From positions 5,113-69,112 of the forward strand of contig CAZCBX010000012.1 in assembly GCA_964497185.1 (NCBI GenBank): DNA of 64,000 nucleotides, written 5' to 3'. Position 1 is the stretch's first letter. Every line of letters begins with the position of its first letter. Source of the DNA: an uncultured Bdellovibrionales bacterium. Lineage in GTDB: Bacteria; Bdellovibrionota_G; JALEGL01; JAGRMV01. This document shows positions 46,001 to 55,237 of this stretch, piece by piece. Made by a program: the position numbers and the translations under genes. Below the pieces are notes generated by a model, which ran no database searches, had not been told where the DNA came from, and saw nothing but the letters and a program-made list of their open reading frames with translations.

Positions 46001-49000
46001 CGCCACTGCACTGGCATCGGTATTGGTGGGTGCCAGTTCCGAAGCAAAGATTAACCCATCGGCATCATCATTGGTCATGTCGATGTTCAAACCAATGCAG
46101 CCACCCAGCTCACCGCCAGCATAGTCAATGTTCCCATCGTTGTCCGCATCGCACGTATCACGGCCGTTTTCGACCACATCGGCCACCCCGTCGTTGTCGC
46201 TGTCGGGATCGACAAAGTCTGGACGATACCCGTCACCGGCTGGGCCCATTGTGCCTACGGCCATGCCGTTGTCGTTATCGCTGTTGACCAGTTCGGATAA
46301 GGTGATGGGATCATCGGTACCAATATTCATGTCTGGGTCATAAGCCATGCGCTCGGCATCACTCACGCGATCATCGCCGTTGACATCCAGGTCGGAGATG
46401 ATCGACCCGGCTTCATCCAAATCGGGCAAGCCGTCGTTGTCTGAATCGAGGTCATAGGCATTGGCATCGGCGTCACCATCGGCATTGGGCAACTGGCCCG
46501 CTGCTTGGGAATAAACCGTGGTGTATTCTGCGTCTTCAATGGCGCCATCGGTATTGACATCCAATGCACCCAATTCTCCCGCGTCAATTTGTCCGTTGTC
46601 ATTGACATCCAACGTGCCCAGCCCAAACTCAACCAAGTCGGGGATGCCGTCGCTGTCGCTGTCGGTATCCAAATAATTTTCGGTGCCATCGGCATCGGCA
46701 TCGTCGGTGCCCTCGACACCGTCGAGTACGCCATCGTTGTCGCTGTCGGTGTCGGTGTAATTGGGCACGCCATCGCCGTCAGTGTCGGGACATACAAACC
46801 CGTTGGGACATTCAACATCGTCTTCCAAACCGTCATTGTCTGAATCCCCCGCTCCGGGACCACCATCATCGACGTCTTGAATATCGGGAATGCCATCACC
46901 GTCGGTGTCGCCACAGGCTGGTGCATCGGCACACTCGACACTGTCAGGGGTGCCATCGCCATCGCTGTCGGTGTCATCATAATCAGGGTTGCCATCGCCA
47001 TCGGTATCCAACGTATTGGATTCGTACGCATCCAAAATACCGTCGCCATCTTCATCGGCTGTTTCCGCTGAGTCAGGCGTACCATCGCCATCGCTGTCGG
47101 TATCCGTATAGTTTGGTATGCCGTCGCCATCGGTATCAGGACAAGTGACTCCGTTGGGACATTCCACATCATCGTTGATGCCGTCGCCATCGCTGTCACC
47201 CGCGCCTGGACCATCGTCATCGGCATCGAGCCAATCGACAATGCCATCGCCATCGGTGTCGGGACAGTTGGGTGCTTGCACGGCCGTACATTCGGCGCTG
47301 TCCAAATTGCCGTCGCCATCGGCATCGGTGTCATTGAAGTCGGCGTTGCCGTCCCCGTCGGTGTCCACGGTGTTGGACTCATATGCATCAATGATGCCGT
47401 CGCTGTCGGTGTCGCCCGTCTCTGAAGCATCAAGCACACCATCATTGTCACTGTCGGGGTCGGTGTAATTGGGAATGTTGTCCCCATCGGTATCGGCACA
47501 CACGGTGCCTCCGGGACATTCGGCTTGATCGGTTAACCCATCACCATCGGAATCGCCTACGCCCGGTCCTGCACCAGCAGGATCCAACCAATCGGCAATG
47601 CCGTCGCCATCGGTATCGGGACAATCGGGTGTTTGCATGGCTGTACACTCAGCACTGTCCAAATCGCCGTCGCCATCGGCATCGGTGTCATTATAGTCCG
47701 CGTTGCCGTCACCATCCACATCAACTGTATTGGATTCATATGCATCTAAAATGCCATCGCTGTCGGTGTCACCGGTTTCTACCGCATCGGGCAAACCATC
47801 GCCATCGCTGTCGGTGTCGGAATAGTTGGGCACACCATCGCCATCGGCGTCGGGGCAGATGACGCCGTTGGGACATTCCACGTCATCGTTGATGCCGTCG
47901 CCATCGCTGTCACCCGCGCCAGGACCATCGTCATCGGCATCGAGCCAATCGGCGATGCCATCACCATCGGTATCGGGACAGTTGGGTGCTTGCACGGCCG
48001 TACATTCGGCGCTGTCCAAATTACCGTCGCCATCGGCATCGGTGTCATTGAAGTCGGCATTGCCGTCCCCGTCGGTGTCCACGGTGTTGGACTCATACGC
48101 ATCAATAATGCCATCGCTGTCGGTGTCACCCAATTCAAGTTGATCGGTCACACCGTCGTTGTCACTGTCGCTGTCGGTGTAATCAGGCACACCATCGCCG
48201 TCGGTGTCGGGACAAATGTATCCACCGGGACATTCAGCATCGTCATTTAGAGTATCGCCATCCGAATCACCTGTACCCGGCCCTGCATCTTGCGCATCCA
48301 ACCAATCGGGAATGTCATCGCCATCAGCATCACCACAATCGGGGGCGTCTGCACATTCTGCGCTGTCCAAATCGCCGTCGCCATCGGCATCGGTGTCATT
48401 AAAGTCCGCGTTGCCATCATTGTCGGTATCAATCACATTGGACTCATAGGCGTCCAAAATACCATCGCTATCGGTATCGCCGTTTTCAAGGGCATCGGCA
48501 ATGCCATCATTGTCTGAATCGGTGTCCATAAAGTTGGGCACACCATCTCGGTCTGAATCAGACGGCGCTTGCAAGCTTCCATGTTCGTCTTCATCAAGAA
48601 TGCCATCGTTGTCTGTGTCTAGGTCACGAAAATCGGGCGCGTTGTCATTGGCTGAATCTACGTTGGATAAATTGGCATACAATAGGACAGGTGCTGACGT
48701 ATTGTAAACCAATGGCAAAGTGGCATAGTCCACAATGTCACTGCCTGCTTCCTGTGCATCCAGCAAACCATCTCCATCTGCATCGGTATCCAAATAGTCC
48801 ACGTTGCCGGCAGAATCGGTGTTAGCCAAGTTATCCGAATTGGTAACCAGGAAAGCTTCGTTTTCGATGTACCCATCCACACTGCCATCGTCTCCATCGT
48901 AATCGTCTTGCGCTGGATCAATGTTGTTGTTGGTATGGGCCTCAAGCCAATCGGCAATGCCATCGCCGTCGCTGTCGCGATCCAAGTAATCGGGCGTTAC

Positions 49001-52000
49001 GTCCACAAAAGACAAATCCATCACCACTGAATCGGTGTTGGTGGGGGCTTCTTCCGAAGCATATACATAGTCATCGGCATCATCATTGAGCACGCAACCA
49101 TTGCCTTCTGCGGGGTAATCAATTTCGCCATCGTCATTGGCATCGCAAGTTTCACGCCCGTTTTCAACCAAGTCCGCAATGCCGTCGTTGTCGCTGTCGC
49201 GATCATTGTAGTCAGGACGGTATCCATTGCCGGTGCTGCCGTAAGTGCCCAATACATCGTTATCGCCATTGGCAAGATCACCAAATAAAATCTCACCATC
49301 AACCATGCGTTCGGCTTCGGTAATTTCATTGTCATTGTTGGTGTCTTTGTCGGACACGGTCGTGCCTGCTTCATCGATATCGGGCAGACCATCATTGTCC
49401 GAATCCAAATCTCGCGCATCACTTAAACCGTCACCGTCAAAGTCAGGCACTTGATCTTCAGCATGAGAATACGCGGTGGTGTATTCATCTTCTTCGATGG
49501 CGCCATTGTCATTGGTATCCAACGCTCCAGGCACTTCACCATCGCCGGCTTCAATGATGCCGTCGTTGTCGGTATCCAAACTGCCAAAGCCATACTCGAT
49601 GTAATCCGGAATGCCATCGTTATCGGAATCTAAATCCAATTTGTCTTTATCGCCGTCACCATCGGTATCGCCATCAAATTCGCTGCCATCTGCCAAGCCG
49701 TCATTGTCCGAATCTGGATCCAGGTAATCAGCAATGCCGTCTCCATCCGAGTCTGTATTGGCGTTGCCGCCATTGTCTTGATTTTCAATGATCTCATTGG
49801 CATCGGTGATGCCATCGTTGTCATCATCTACATCACGGTAATCGGGCTCTCCATCGCCGTCTTCATTGCCGCCACCCTCGGTGGTGTCATCAATGCCGTT
49901 GTTGTCGGAGTCGGTGTCACGGTAGTTTGGCACCCCATCACCATCGGCATCCCCACTGCCCTCTTGGCTGTTGGTAAACCCATCGCCATCATCATCGCGC
50001 GGCAGATTCACTGAATTGCTACCCGATAGCCCAATGGACTCTCCATCGCCATCGGCAGCTGTTTGCGAATTGTAACCACCTACGACAAAAGAGTTTGAAA
50101 AATTGGCAGAGTACGTGGACACCGGATCGGTGCAGGCATCATTGACGCCGTCATCATCAGGATGCGCGGCCGCACCGCCCAACGGGTTATCGGGGGTAGA
50201 GGTGTCCGGCACAATGGTGCAATTGTGATCGACGGCAAACTCGTAGACCACGTACTCACCCGCATCCAGCTGGTCCAAGCCTGCTTCATCTTGCACAGGC
50301 CACTGCAAATTTTGTACATCACTGCTGCTTGATGGATAAGCTGCGTCGGCATCCTCACCTGCACGAATGGCGGCTGTAATATCGGTATTGACCCCTGCAC
50401 AATTGGCTGTGGTCCAAGTTCGGCAAGTCGTTGGGTTTTGTGCCCCTGCGCCTGTCGAGCAATGGTAGGCGTTTATTGTATTGGGCGTGTACTGCAACCC
50501 ACGGGCCAGATTATCAAAGACGTTTTGAATTTGATACGCGGTTTTGGTGCCAGCATTGCGAACCATCAAACGGTAAGTGGCATCATCATTTCCATCAATC
50601 ATTTGAATGGGATTGTCTGTGGCAGCAGTATCAAAACATTTGGTAAATGAAAGATCGGGGCTGGTGACCGTGTAAAATACACTGTCGGTGCTGTTGTTAT
50701 TGCTTATGCTCGATACCGTACCCGAACCAGACGTCGGGTTGTCCCAGCGAATTTCCGCACGGTTACGGTAATTATTTGCGCTGGCATTGGTGTTGATCGA
50801 ACCCGTTAGAACAAATACAATTTCACGCGCCACGTTGTCGGTATAAGTGTTGGTGATTTCGCCCGTGTCCACATAAAAAGTGTTGGCGCTGGATGTGTTC
50901 CAGTTGGCATTATCGGTGGGATCGTTTTCAAAACATATATTGGGGTAAGTTGTGGAACAGTATGGACCTGCACCACTGATGCCGCCCTGTACAACCACCG
51001 TAGTTGGATTGCCCCACCAGTCTACACCGCTTCCACCTGAACTATTGCGTTCTAAATCTCGCACTTCAAAATCGCTGGCTTTGCCTTCGGGCACTTCAAA
51101 TTCAATCTCGAATGTCAGTTCATCACCCACCACACCGGGGTTGGGACCGCTGGTTAAGGCTTTGGTTACCAAAGGCGTATAAACTTTGACTGTGGAGGTG
51201 TCACGCACACGAGGAAATTGAGCGGCAACGCCCCCTGGCTCATTGTCATAAAGAACATTTGTGGTGGTGGTAATGATTTGATCATACTTGGCGTCCTGGC
51301 TCACACGAACATCAAATTCAATGACACATTCGGGCGCGGGGTCGCCATTGGCAATGTTTAAACCAGAAATTCGAATGCCTGTTTCATCACTGGCCGTCAC
51401 ATCGGGCGTAAGGGTGCTGCATCCAGCACCGGAAAGCGTGATGTTGTAATCACACGTCGGCGTTCCAGCAGTGCCAGGATCTTCATCACAGTCCGCTGAA
51501 TTTGAAACCGGTTGCAACGGATATTCCGTGGCTGCATCTTCTGGCAGCAAATCGGTAAATTCAATGTCATAGGCAACACGATCCCCAATGTTGGTCAGGG
51601 TCACTTCATAAGTGATGATGTCACCAGCATCCACATTTTCTACATTGCCATCGCCGTCAATCACTGCATCGGCCCGCTCATTGTTGAATGCTGAGGCCAC
51701 CTTTTCCACAGTGAGAATGGGCGCCAAACCAGTAAAGGCCACTGTACTGGTCAAGGGCACTTCTACGTTGGTTTCCGTATCGCTGTAGGTTGCACTCACA
51801 ATGTTGTTTCGGTTTAAACCATTTTGAATCGGCTCGCTGGTGGCCGTTAAGGTAAACAGAAAAGAGATGGTTTTGACAGACCCGTCCACATCATTAAAAT
51901 CACCAAACGTCCAAGCAATTGAATTTTCCGCTGCCATGCCCAGTGCTGTCGTGCCATCGGGCATGTTAATATTGGCGGTGGTATCTGCGCTTTTAATTCC

Positions 52001-53869
52001 CCATTGGTTGTTGGCTGGTGGCGCGGCATTGGTCACGCCATTGCCCGCATACGTTAAATTACCTGCAGGCGCTTCAAATAGGGGTGTGGGCAAGTAATCG
52101 GTGATCACCAAATTTTCAACATCGCCGCCCGGAATATCGATCACCACCTCGTAGGTCACCACATCGCCAGCTTCAATTTCGATGGGGTCAGGCACGACCG
52201 TACTGCCATTGATATTGACCACAAATTTTTCAAGATTGGTGATGGTCTGAATTTTGGCCTCTGCATCGTCAGAACGATTCTGTCCAGGATTGCCACCCAC
52301 AATGTCATAATCGAAGTCAACATTGTTCACCAATACATCGCCCGCATCAACTTCGGACGTATCGCCAGCCACAGCGCCAACAAACTCGTTTTCAACCAAT
52401 GTGCGATAAGAAAGCGTGATGGCTGTGTTTTGATTTTCAGCACCGGTGATCAACGAATCGCCGCCTGGATTCAAATCTTGATCGGATAAAATTCCCGACA
52501 GGTCAATGGTAATGGTGGTTTCGCCGTTGCCGTCTGGACCGCTAATAACCAAATAACCGGGCGTGTCTGCCTGAACTGTATTTTGATCATACACCGTGGT
52601 GACATCATCCTCGATCACAGAAATGGTGACCCCTTGGTATGCACCCGCGGGTGCCACAATGGTATGGCCGTCACCAATGACATCGGTAATGATCATGTTG
52701 CCGAGGGTAAAATAATCGGAAATATCAATTTCGGTGGTCCATGTGATGGTGTCACCGGGCGTCAGTCCATTGCCATCCACGTCATTTTCAACGGAGGAAC
52801 TTTTTCGCAAAGCCACGGATTTTGCCGTGACGTCTTCATCATCCGTACCTGACACCATACCAAATTCATCCGCATCCACGGTGACTGTATTGCCAATGAC
52901 CACAGAGGTGCCGGTGTTGGGGTCCAAAATATTGGTCAAGGTGACTGGATTGACTTCAGGGATGTATCCTTCCACTGAGATTTCAAAATCCATGGATAGC
53001 GTGGTGTAAACAATTTCAAGCTCGCCATAAGTGGGCGACATCACATCGTTGTCAAAAGTACAGCTATCCAAGCCCATGAGCAGGGGTGTGATAACAAAAC
53101 TCGAACAATCGCCATCATCGGGAGAGGTCAACACAAACTCTTGGGGAAAAGTGTCACGAATCACGACATTGGTTAAAGTTTGTCCTGTCGCGAGTCCACC
53201 AGAGATGGTGTAGGTGAAGGGATCAGAAGGTCCTGTTGAAGTAAGGCCAGGCTGGTCTGAGCTTTTATTGATGTTGATTAGGGACGGCGTAAGATTGGTG
53301 GTCTGCGCCACACTGCATACCGTGGGTGCTTCTGAACAGGTGCCGTAATTGTTGCTGGGAGAAGCCCCCAAAGCAAATACGCCCCGTATATCGCGGATCA
53401 CATCGGCCTCAAACAATGTTTGCTCAGGCGCATCGGTGGGCGTTAGTTCGAAGTCACATGCGATGGCAGGCTGAGATGGCGTCAGTTGGCCGATGCCAGG
53501 AATGGCCGTCACCACCGTTTCTCCAGTGAGCACCGACAACAATTCGCCCGTCACAGGATCGGTATAGGTGCTATCCGATGGCGCGGGTCCTTCAACCGTG
53601 GGCGCCTGGCCTAGCCCGTAAGCCCCACAATCCACTCCAGACAACGTCCATTCGGGTGGCAAAATAAAACGGAAATAAGGATAGTAACCAGTATCGGTCG
53701 CCGTGGCCGGCACTTGATCATCATTGTTCAGCGTCAAGGTGAGCGTAACGTTTTGATCGATTAAAGGTGCGTTATTGACTTCAACAGAGAGATCGGGATC
53801 CGTGGCCGCCCATGTTTGAAAAGAAAGAATAAAAAACAAGCAAAAGCATAGAGATCGATAGAAAGGCAT
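43022..53869 (-). CDS. giant (3,615 aa) cell-surface protein: signal peptide, DUF11-like repeats, thrombospondin type-3 (TSP3) calcium-binding repeat region, internal hydrophobic junction, beta-barrel-like domain, OmpA_C domain
   Basis: Single uninterrupted ORF. N-terminal signal MPFYRSLCFCLFFILSFQTWA/A. DUF11-like segments (e.g. DIITYEVTLTNIGDRVAYDIEFTDLLPE). Very many DxDxDGxxDxxD units (DTDGDGIPDYxDxDSDNDG). C-terminus YFEVNQATIDP...AHTDSDGPMDYNLQLSIRRANAVKDYLV...NRRVEFEL is OmpA_C. Confidence 0.9.
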   Translation of the reverse strand: MPFYRSLCFCLFFILSFQTWAATDPDLSVEVNNAPLIDQNVTLTLTLNNDDQVPATATDTGYYPYFRFILPPEWTLSGVDCGAYGLGQAPTVEGPAPSDSTYTDPVTGELLSVLTGETVVTAIPGIGQLTPSQPAIACDFELTPTDAPEQTLFEADVIRDIRGVFALGASPSNNYGTCSEAPTVCSVAQTTNLTPSLININKSSDQPGLTSTGPSDPFTYTISGGLATGQTLTNVVIRDTFPQEFVLTSPDDGDCSSFVITPLLMGLDSCTFDNDVMSPTYGELEIVYTTLSMDFEISVEGYIPEVNPVTLTNILDPNTGTSVVIGNTVTVDADEFGMVSGTDDEDVTAKSVALRKSSSVENDVDGNGLTPGDTITWTTEIDISDYFTLGNMIITDVIGDGHTIVAPAGAYQGVTISVIEDDVTTVYDQNTVQADTPGYLVISGPDGNGETTITIDLSGILSDQDLNPGGDSLITGAENQNTAITLSYRTLVENEFVGAVAGDTSEVDAGDVLVNNVDFDYDIVGGNPGQNRSDDAEAKIQTITNLEKFVVNINGSTVVPDPIEIEAGDVVTYEVVIDIPGGDVENLVITDYLPTPLFEAPAGNLTYAGNGVTNAAPPANNQWGIKSADTTANINMPDGTTALGMAAENSIAWTFGDFNDVDGSVKTISFLFTLTATSEPIQNGLNRNNIVSATYSDTETNVEVPLTSTVAFTGLAPILTVEKVASAFNNERADAVIDGDGNVENVDAGDIITYEVTLTNIGDRVAYDIEFTDLLPEDAATEYPLQPVSNSADCDEDPGTAGTPTCDYNITLSGAGCSTLTPDVTASDETGIRISGLNIANGDPAPECVIEFDVRVSQDAKYDQIITTTTNVLYDNEPGGVAAQFPRVRDTSTVKVYTPLVTKALTSGPNPGVVGDELTFEIEFEVPEGKASDFEVRDLERNSSGGSGVDWWGNPTTVVVQGGISGAGPYCSTTYPNICFENDPTDNANWNTSSANTFYVDTGEITNTYTDNVAREIVFVLTGSINTNASANNYRNRAEIRWDNPTSGSGTVSSISNNNSTDSVFYTVTSPDLSFTKCFDTAATDNPIQMIDGNDDATYRLMVRNAGTKTAYQIQNVFDNLARGLQYTPNTINAYHCSTGAGAQNPTTCRTWTTANCAGVNTDITAAIRAGEDADAAYPSSSSDVQNLQWPVQDEAGLDQLDAGEYVVYEFAVDHNCTIVPDTSTPDNPLGGAAAHPDDDGVNDACTDPVSTYSANFSNSFVVGGYNSQTAADGDGESIGLSGSNSVNLPRDDDGDGFTNSQEGSGDADGDGVPNYRDTDSDNNGIDDTTEGGGNEDGDGEPDYRDVDDDNDGITDANEIIENQDNGGNANTDSDGDGIADYLDPDSDNDGLADGSEFDGDTDGDGDKDKLDLDSDNDGIPDYIEYGFGSLDTDNDGIIEAGDGEVPGALDTNDNGAIEEDEYTTAYSHAEDQVPDFDGDGLSDARDLDSDNDGLPDIDEAGTTVSDKDTNNDNEITEAERMVDGEILFGDLANGDNDVLGTYGSTGNGYRPDYNDRDSDNDGIADLVENGRETCDANDDGEIDYPAEGNGCVLNDDADDYVYASEEAPTNTDSVVMDLSFVDVTPDYLDRDSDGDGIADWLEAHTNNNIDPAQDDYDGDDGSVDGYIENEAFLVTNSDNLANTDSAGNVDYLDTDADGDGLLDAQEAGSDIVDYATLPLVYNTSAPVLLYANLSNVDSANDNAPDFRDLDTDNDGILDEDEHGSLQAPSDSDRDGVPNFMDTDSDNDGIADALENGDTDSDGILDAYESNVIDTDNDGNADFNDTDADGDGDLDSAECADAPDCGDADGDDIPDWLDAQDAGPGTGDSDGDTLNDDAECPGGYICPDTDGDGVPDYTDSDSDNDGVTDQLELGDTDSDGIIDAYESNTVDTDGDGNADFNDTDADGDGNLDSAECTAVQAPNCPDTDGDGIADWLDADDDGPGAGDSDGDGINDDVECPNGVICPDADGDGVPNYSDTDSDGDGLPDAVETGDTDSDGILDAYESNTVDVDGDGNADYNDTDADGDGDLDSAECTAMQTPDCPDTDGDGIADWLDPAGAGPGVGDSDGDGLTDQAECPGGTVCADTDGDNIPNYTDPDSDNDGVLDASETGDTDSDGIIDAYESNTVDTDGDGNADFNDTDADGDGNLDSAECTAVQAPNCPDTDGDGIVDWLDADDDGPGAGDSDGDGINDDVECPNGVTCPDTDGDGIPNYTDTDSDGDGTPDSAETADEDGDGILDAYESNTLDTDGDGNPDYDDTDSDGDGTPDSVECADAPACGDTDGDGIPDIQDVDDGGPGAGDSDNDGLEDDVECPNGFVCPDTDGDGVPNYTDTDSDNDGVLDGVEGTDDADADGTENYLDTDSDSDGIPDLVEFGLGTLDVNDNGQIDAGELGALDVNTDGAIEDAEYTTVYSQAAGQLPNADGDADANAYDLDSDNDGLPDLDEAGSIISDLDVNGDDRVSDAERMAYDPDMNIGTDDPITLSELVNSDNDNGMAVGTMGPAGDGYRPDFVDPDSDNDGVADVVENGRDTCDADNDGNIDYAGGELGGCIGLNIDMTNDDADGLIFASELAPTNTDASAVAPSTSDSIPDYIDRDSDGDGIADWLEAHTNDNIDPTMDNYDFDNNGYIENEAFLITDPMDLVNSEIVGGPLPDIYDLDSDGDTITDSQESGAPVADYASVPGTLSIDTASNIVDLYAELYSSDAINDNQPDFRDINSDNDGITDAVEKGAGTDPVDVDTDGVPDFQESDGDGGDPDNDGLTNSEEITLGTEFFDPTTTDDPGCIGVSNCVCSDGCKALGTTPNCPFDDPANSAWFDEGAPYSAADPFLDPSLVSNDADGDGCSDCFEGAVSFSNPNVADTDGDTINDCVEYNTGSSPVLADTDGDGCSDTCEIFGSGPDCDVTGAAWFTQAGTPENPLTDPTTDADADGDGLSDCAELSVHLTDPNNEDTDGGGIDDGFEINSFNSDPLDPLDDCPNTNDSDNDGLTDCEEIDLGLDPFTPSGNIQGSGTTGLWLLGCASGQNGLLWMLMGIIMLMSLGRAFRKTLLLMMIVAMGGQAYALNTQLFRPILGQEREGVTNYASRGLTHGQVEFGIYASFLENALEFGVDDDQVDQIVKSFLTTEAMLAWGVSERFTLHVSLPFNPYSNVEPIANFQDTQDFSLGDARISATIFLGSTQPEDLYKSWTVGLVPFVTIPFNNEDDFFGDTNFTGGAYLVMDRYIHKNHYLALNVGSRFRERERLINLVVDDEFLYGLTYTYRISCASRWDLIADFTGSTTYREFFSQEISSPLEAFFSVRHRSPGDRWEWTGGFGRGTNNGYGSPDYHVYTGLTYRFANKRPTRPHPCQAVTQPEPAPAPAPKPIVEEGMLDFQIMNADQKPVSLPFVLTTEMGKQLTSIVSNRLRRTLPVGRYVIVVKENGEDKNIPLTISASQTTEKVFILTPKVEDAPEPKVEYIDPIYFEVNQATIDPQSYATINHVAEVIKRYDNVKSVSVQAHTDSDGPMDYNLQLSIRRANAVKDYLVGQGINESKIRIAGFGEAKPRVANTSAANKAKNRRVEFELSLSDQTINIINR
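46709..48481 (-). repeat. five tandem in-frame 351/357-bp repeats (117/119 aa) inside the giant gene
   Basis: Units start at 48481, 48130, 47773, 47416 and 47059 (minus strand), each opening G/A-D-T/E-D-S/G-D-G-I-L/I-DAYESN. Units 2 and 4 differ by about a dozen mostly synonymous substitutions over about 265 nt compared by eye. Confidence 0.9.
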
Positions 53870-53953
53870 ACAAAATCATTCCACAGCTCTTTTTTTTTGT
53901 AAATTTTTTTAAGGTTTTGTATTGATTTTATGAATGTTTTTTACGTAAATGCT

Positions 53954-55219
53954 TTAACCACTGGCTTTTTCTCGCCACACGCGCGCGCCTACTTTGGATA
54001 ATTTTTCTTCAATGCGCTGGTAGCCTCTATCCAGATGATAAATACGCCCAACCGTGGTTTGACCCTTGGCCACCAAACCAGCAAGAATCAATGACGCGCT
54101 GGCGCGCAAGTCCGTAGCCATCACCGGCGCCCCCTTTAAAGAACATTGCCCCTGAATGGTCAAACTTGATCCCTTGATGGAAATTTTGGCCCCCATTCTT
54201 ACCAGCTCAGGCACGTGCATAAAGCGATTTTCAAAAATGGTTTCGGTCACCACACTTTGACCTTGTGCCTGGGTGAGTAGACTCACCATTTGTGCCTGCA
54301 TATCGGTTGGAAAACCTGGATACGGCTCCGTGCGAAAATCCACGGCTTGATAGGCACCATCGCTGCGCACATGTATATCGCTCTCTTGACTTTCAATGTC
54401 GATACCCATGTTTTTCATTTTGGCCATCACGCTGTGCAGATGATCTGGGTTGGCTTGTTTTAACCGAATGTCTCCACCTGTAATGGCCGCTGCCACCATG
54501 AACGTGCCGGCTTCGATTCGATCGGGAAGATTTTGCACTGAAAAACCCTTCAGGTGATCGTTGCCTGTGATGGTCATCGTGGCTGTGCCAATGCCTTCTA
54601 TGGTTGCGCCCATCTGCACAAGCGTTTCTGCAATAAATACAACTTCGGGCTCGCGCGCGCAGTTGGTCAACGTAACAGGCTGACTGCCTCGCGCTGCCGC
54701 CGTCAACGCATTGATGGTGCCGGTGACAGTCACTTGATCAAAAAATATTTCACACGCTTGCACTTGATCCAGCTTGGCCACCACGTCGCCATCGACGATT
54801 TCAATCTCGGCGCCCATTTTTTCAAATGCTTTTAAATGCAAATCAATGGGCCGCACGCCAATGGCACAGCCACCAGGCAAGGCCACCCTGGCTTGACCAC
54901 AACGCGCCAACAAAGGACCCAACACAATCACCGATGCGCGCATTTTGCGCACCTGATCATAGGGTGCATGGGTTTCCAGAATCGATGGCGCATGAAGCTG
55001 CACTTGATCTTCATGACGCTCAATGCTCACGCCCAAGGGCGAGAGCAAACGTTGCATGGCGTGCATATCGGCCAAATCCGGAATGTTGGTGGCTGTGCAG
55101 GGTTGATCGGTTAATAACGCCAGCGGCAAAAGGGGCAATGCCGCATTTTTTGCACCACTGATGATGATTTCCCCTTCAAGGCGTTGTCCACCTTCAACAC
55201 ATAAATTTTCCAATGCCAT
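53954..55219 (-). CDS. murA: UDP-N-acetylglucosamine 1-carboxyvinyltransferase
   Basis: 421 aa. ISGAKNAALP, LPGGCAIGVRPIDLH (active-site Cys), YPGFPTDMQAQ. Confidence 0.95.
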   Translation of the reverse strand: MALENLCVEGGQRLEGEIIISGAKNAALPLLPLALLTDQPCTATNIPDLADMHAMQRLLSPLGVSIERHEDQVQLHAPSILETHAPYDQVRKMRASVIVLGPLLARCGQARVALPGGCAIGVRPIDLHLKAFEKMGAEIEIVDGDVVAKLDQVQACEIFFDQVTVTGTINALTAAARGSQPVTLTNCAREPEVVFIAETLVQMGATIEGIGTATMTITGNDHLKGFSVQNLPDRIEAGTFMVAAAITGGDIRLKQANPDHLHSVMAKMKNMGIDIESQESDIHVRSDGAYQAVDFRTEPYPGFPTDMQAQMVSLLTQAQGQSVVTETIFENRFMHVPELVRMGAKISIKGSSLTIQGQCSLKGAPVMATDLRASASLILAGLVAKGQTTVGRIYHLDRGYQRIEEKLSKVGARVWREKASG

Positions 55220-55237
55220 GCTTGGCCTCTTTTCTCA

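Noticed and set aside
46709-48481. Regularly spaced DNA repeats that might be mistaken for a CRISPR array
   Set aside because: The period is 351-357 bp, the repeats are contiguous with no unique spacers, they lie in frame within a protein-coding ORF, and no cas genes are present.
44418-53529. Dozens of 60-380-aa ORFs on both strands inside the giant gene (for example 46363..47499, 378 aa; 47118..47468; 47826..48143; 49021..49422)
   Set aside because: They are alternative-frame or antisense readings of the GAY/GGY-rich TSP3 codons. Their translations are low-complexity (PSPS/MAMA/HRHR-type). The 3,615-aa frame is the only one with recognisable domains and is uninterrupted.
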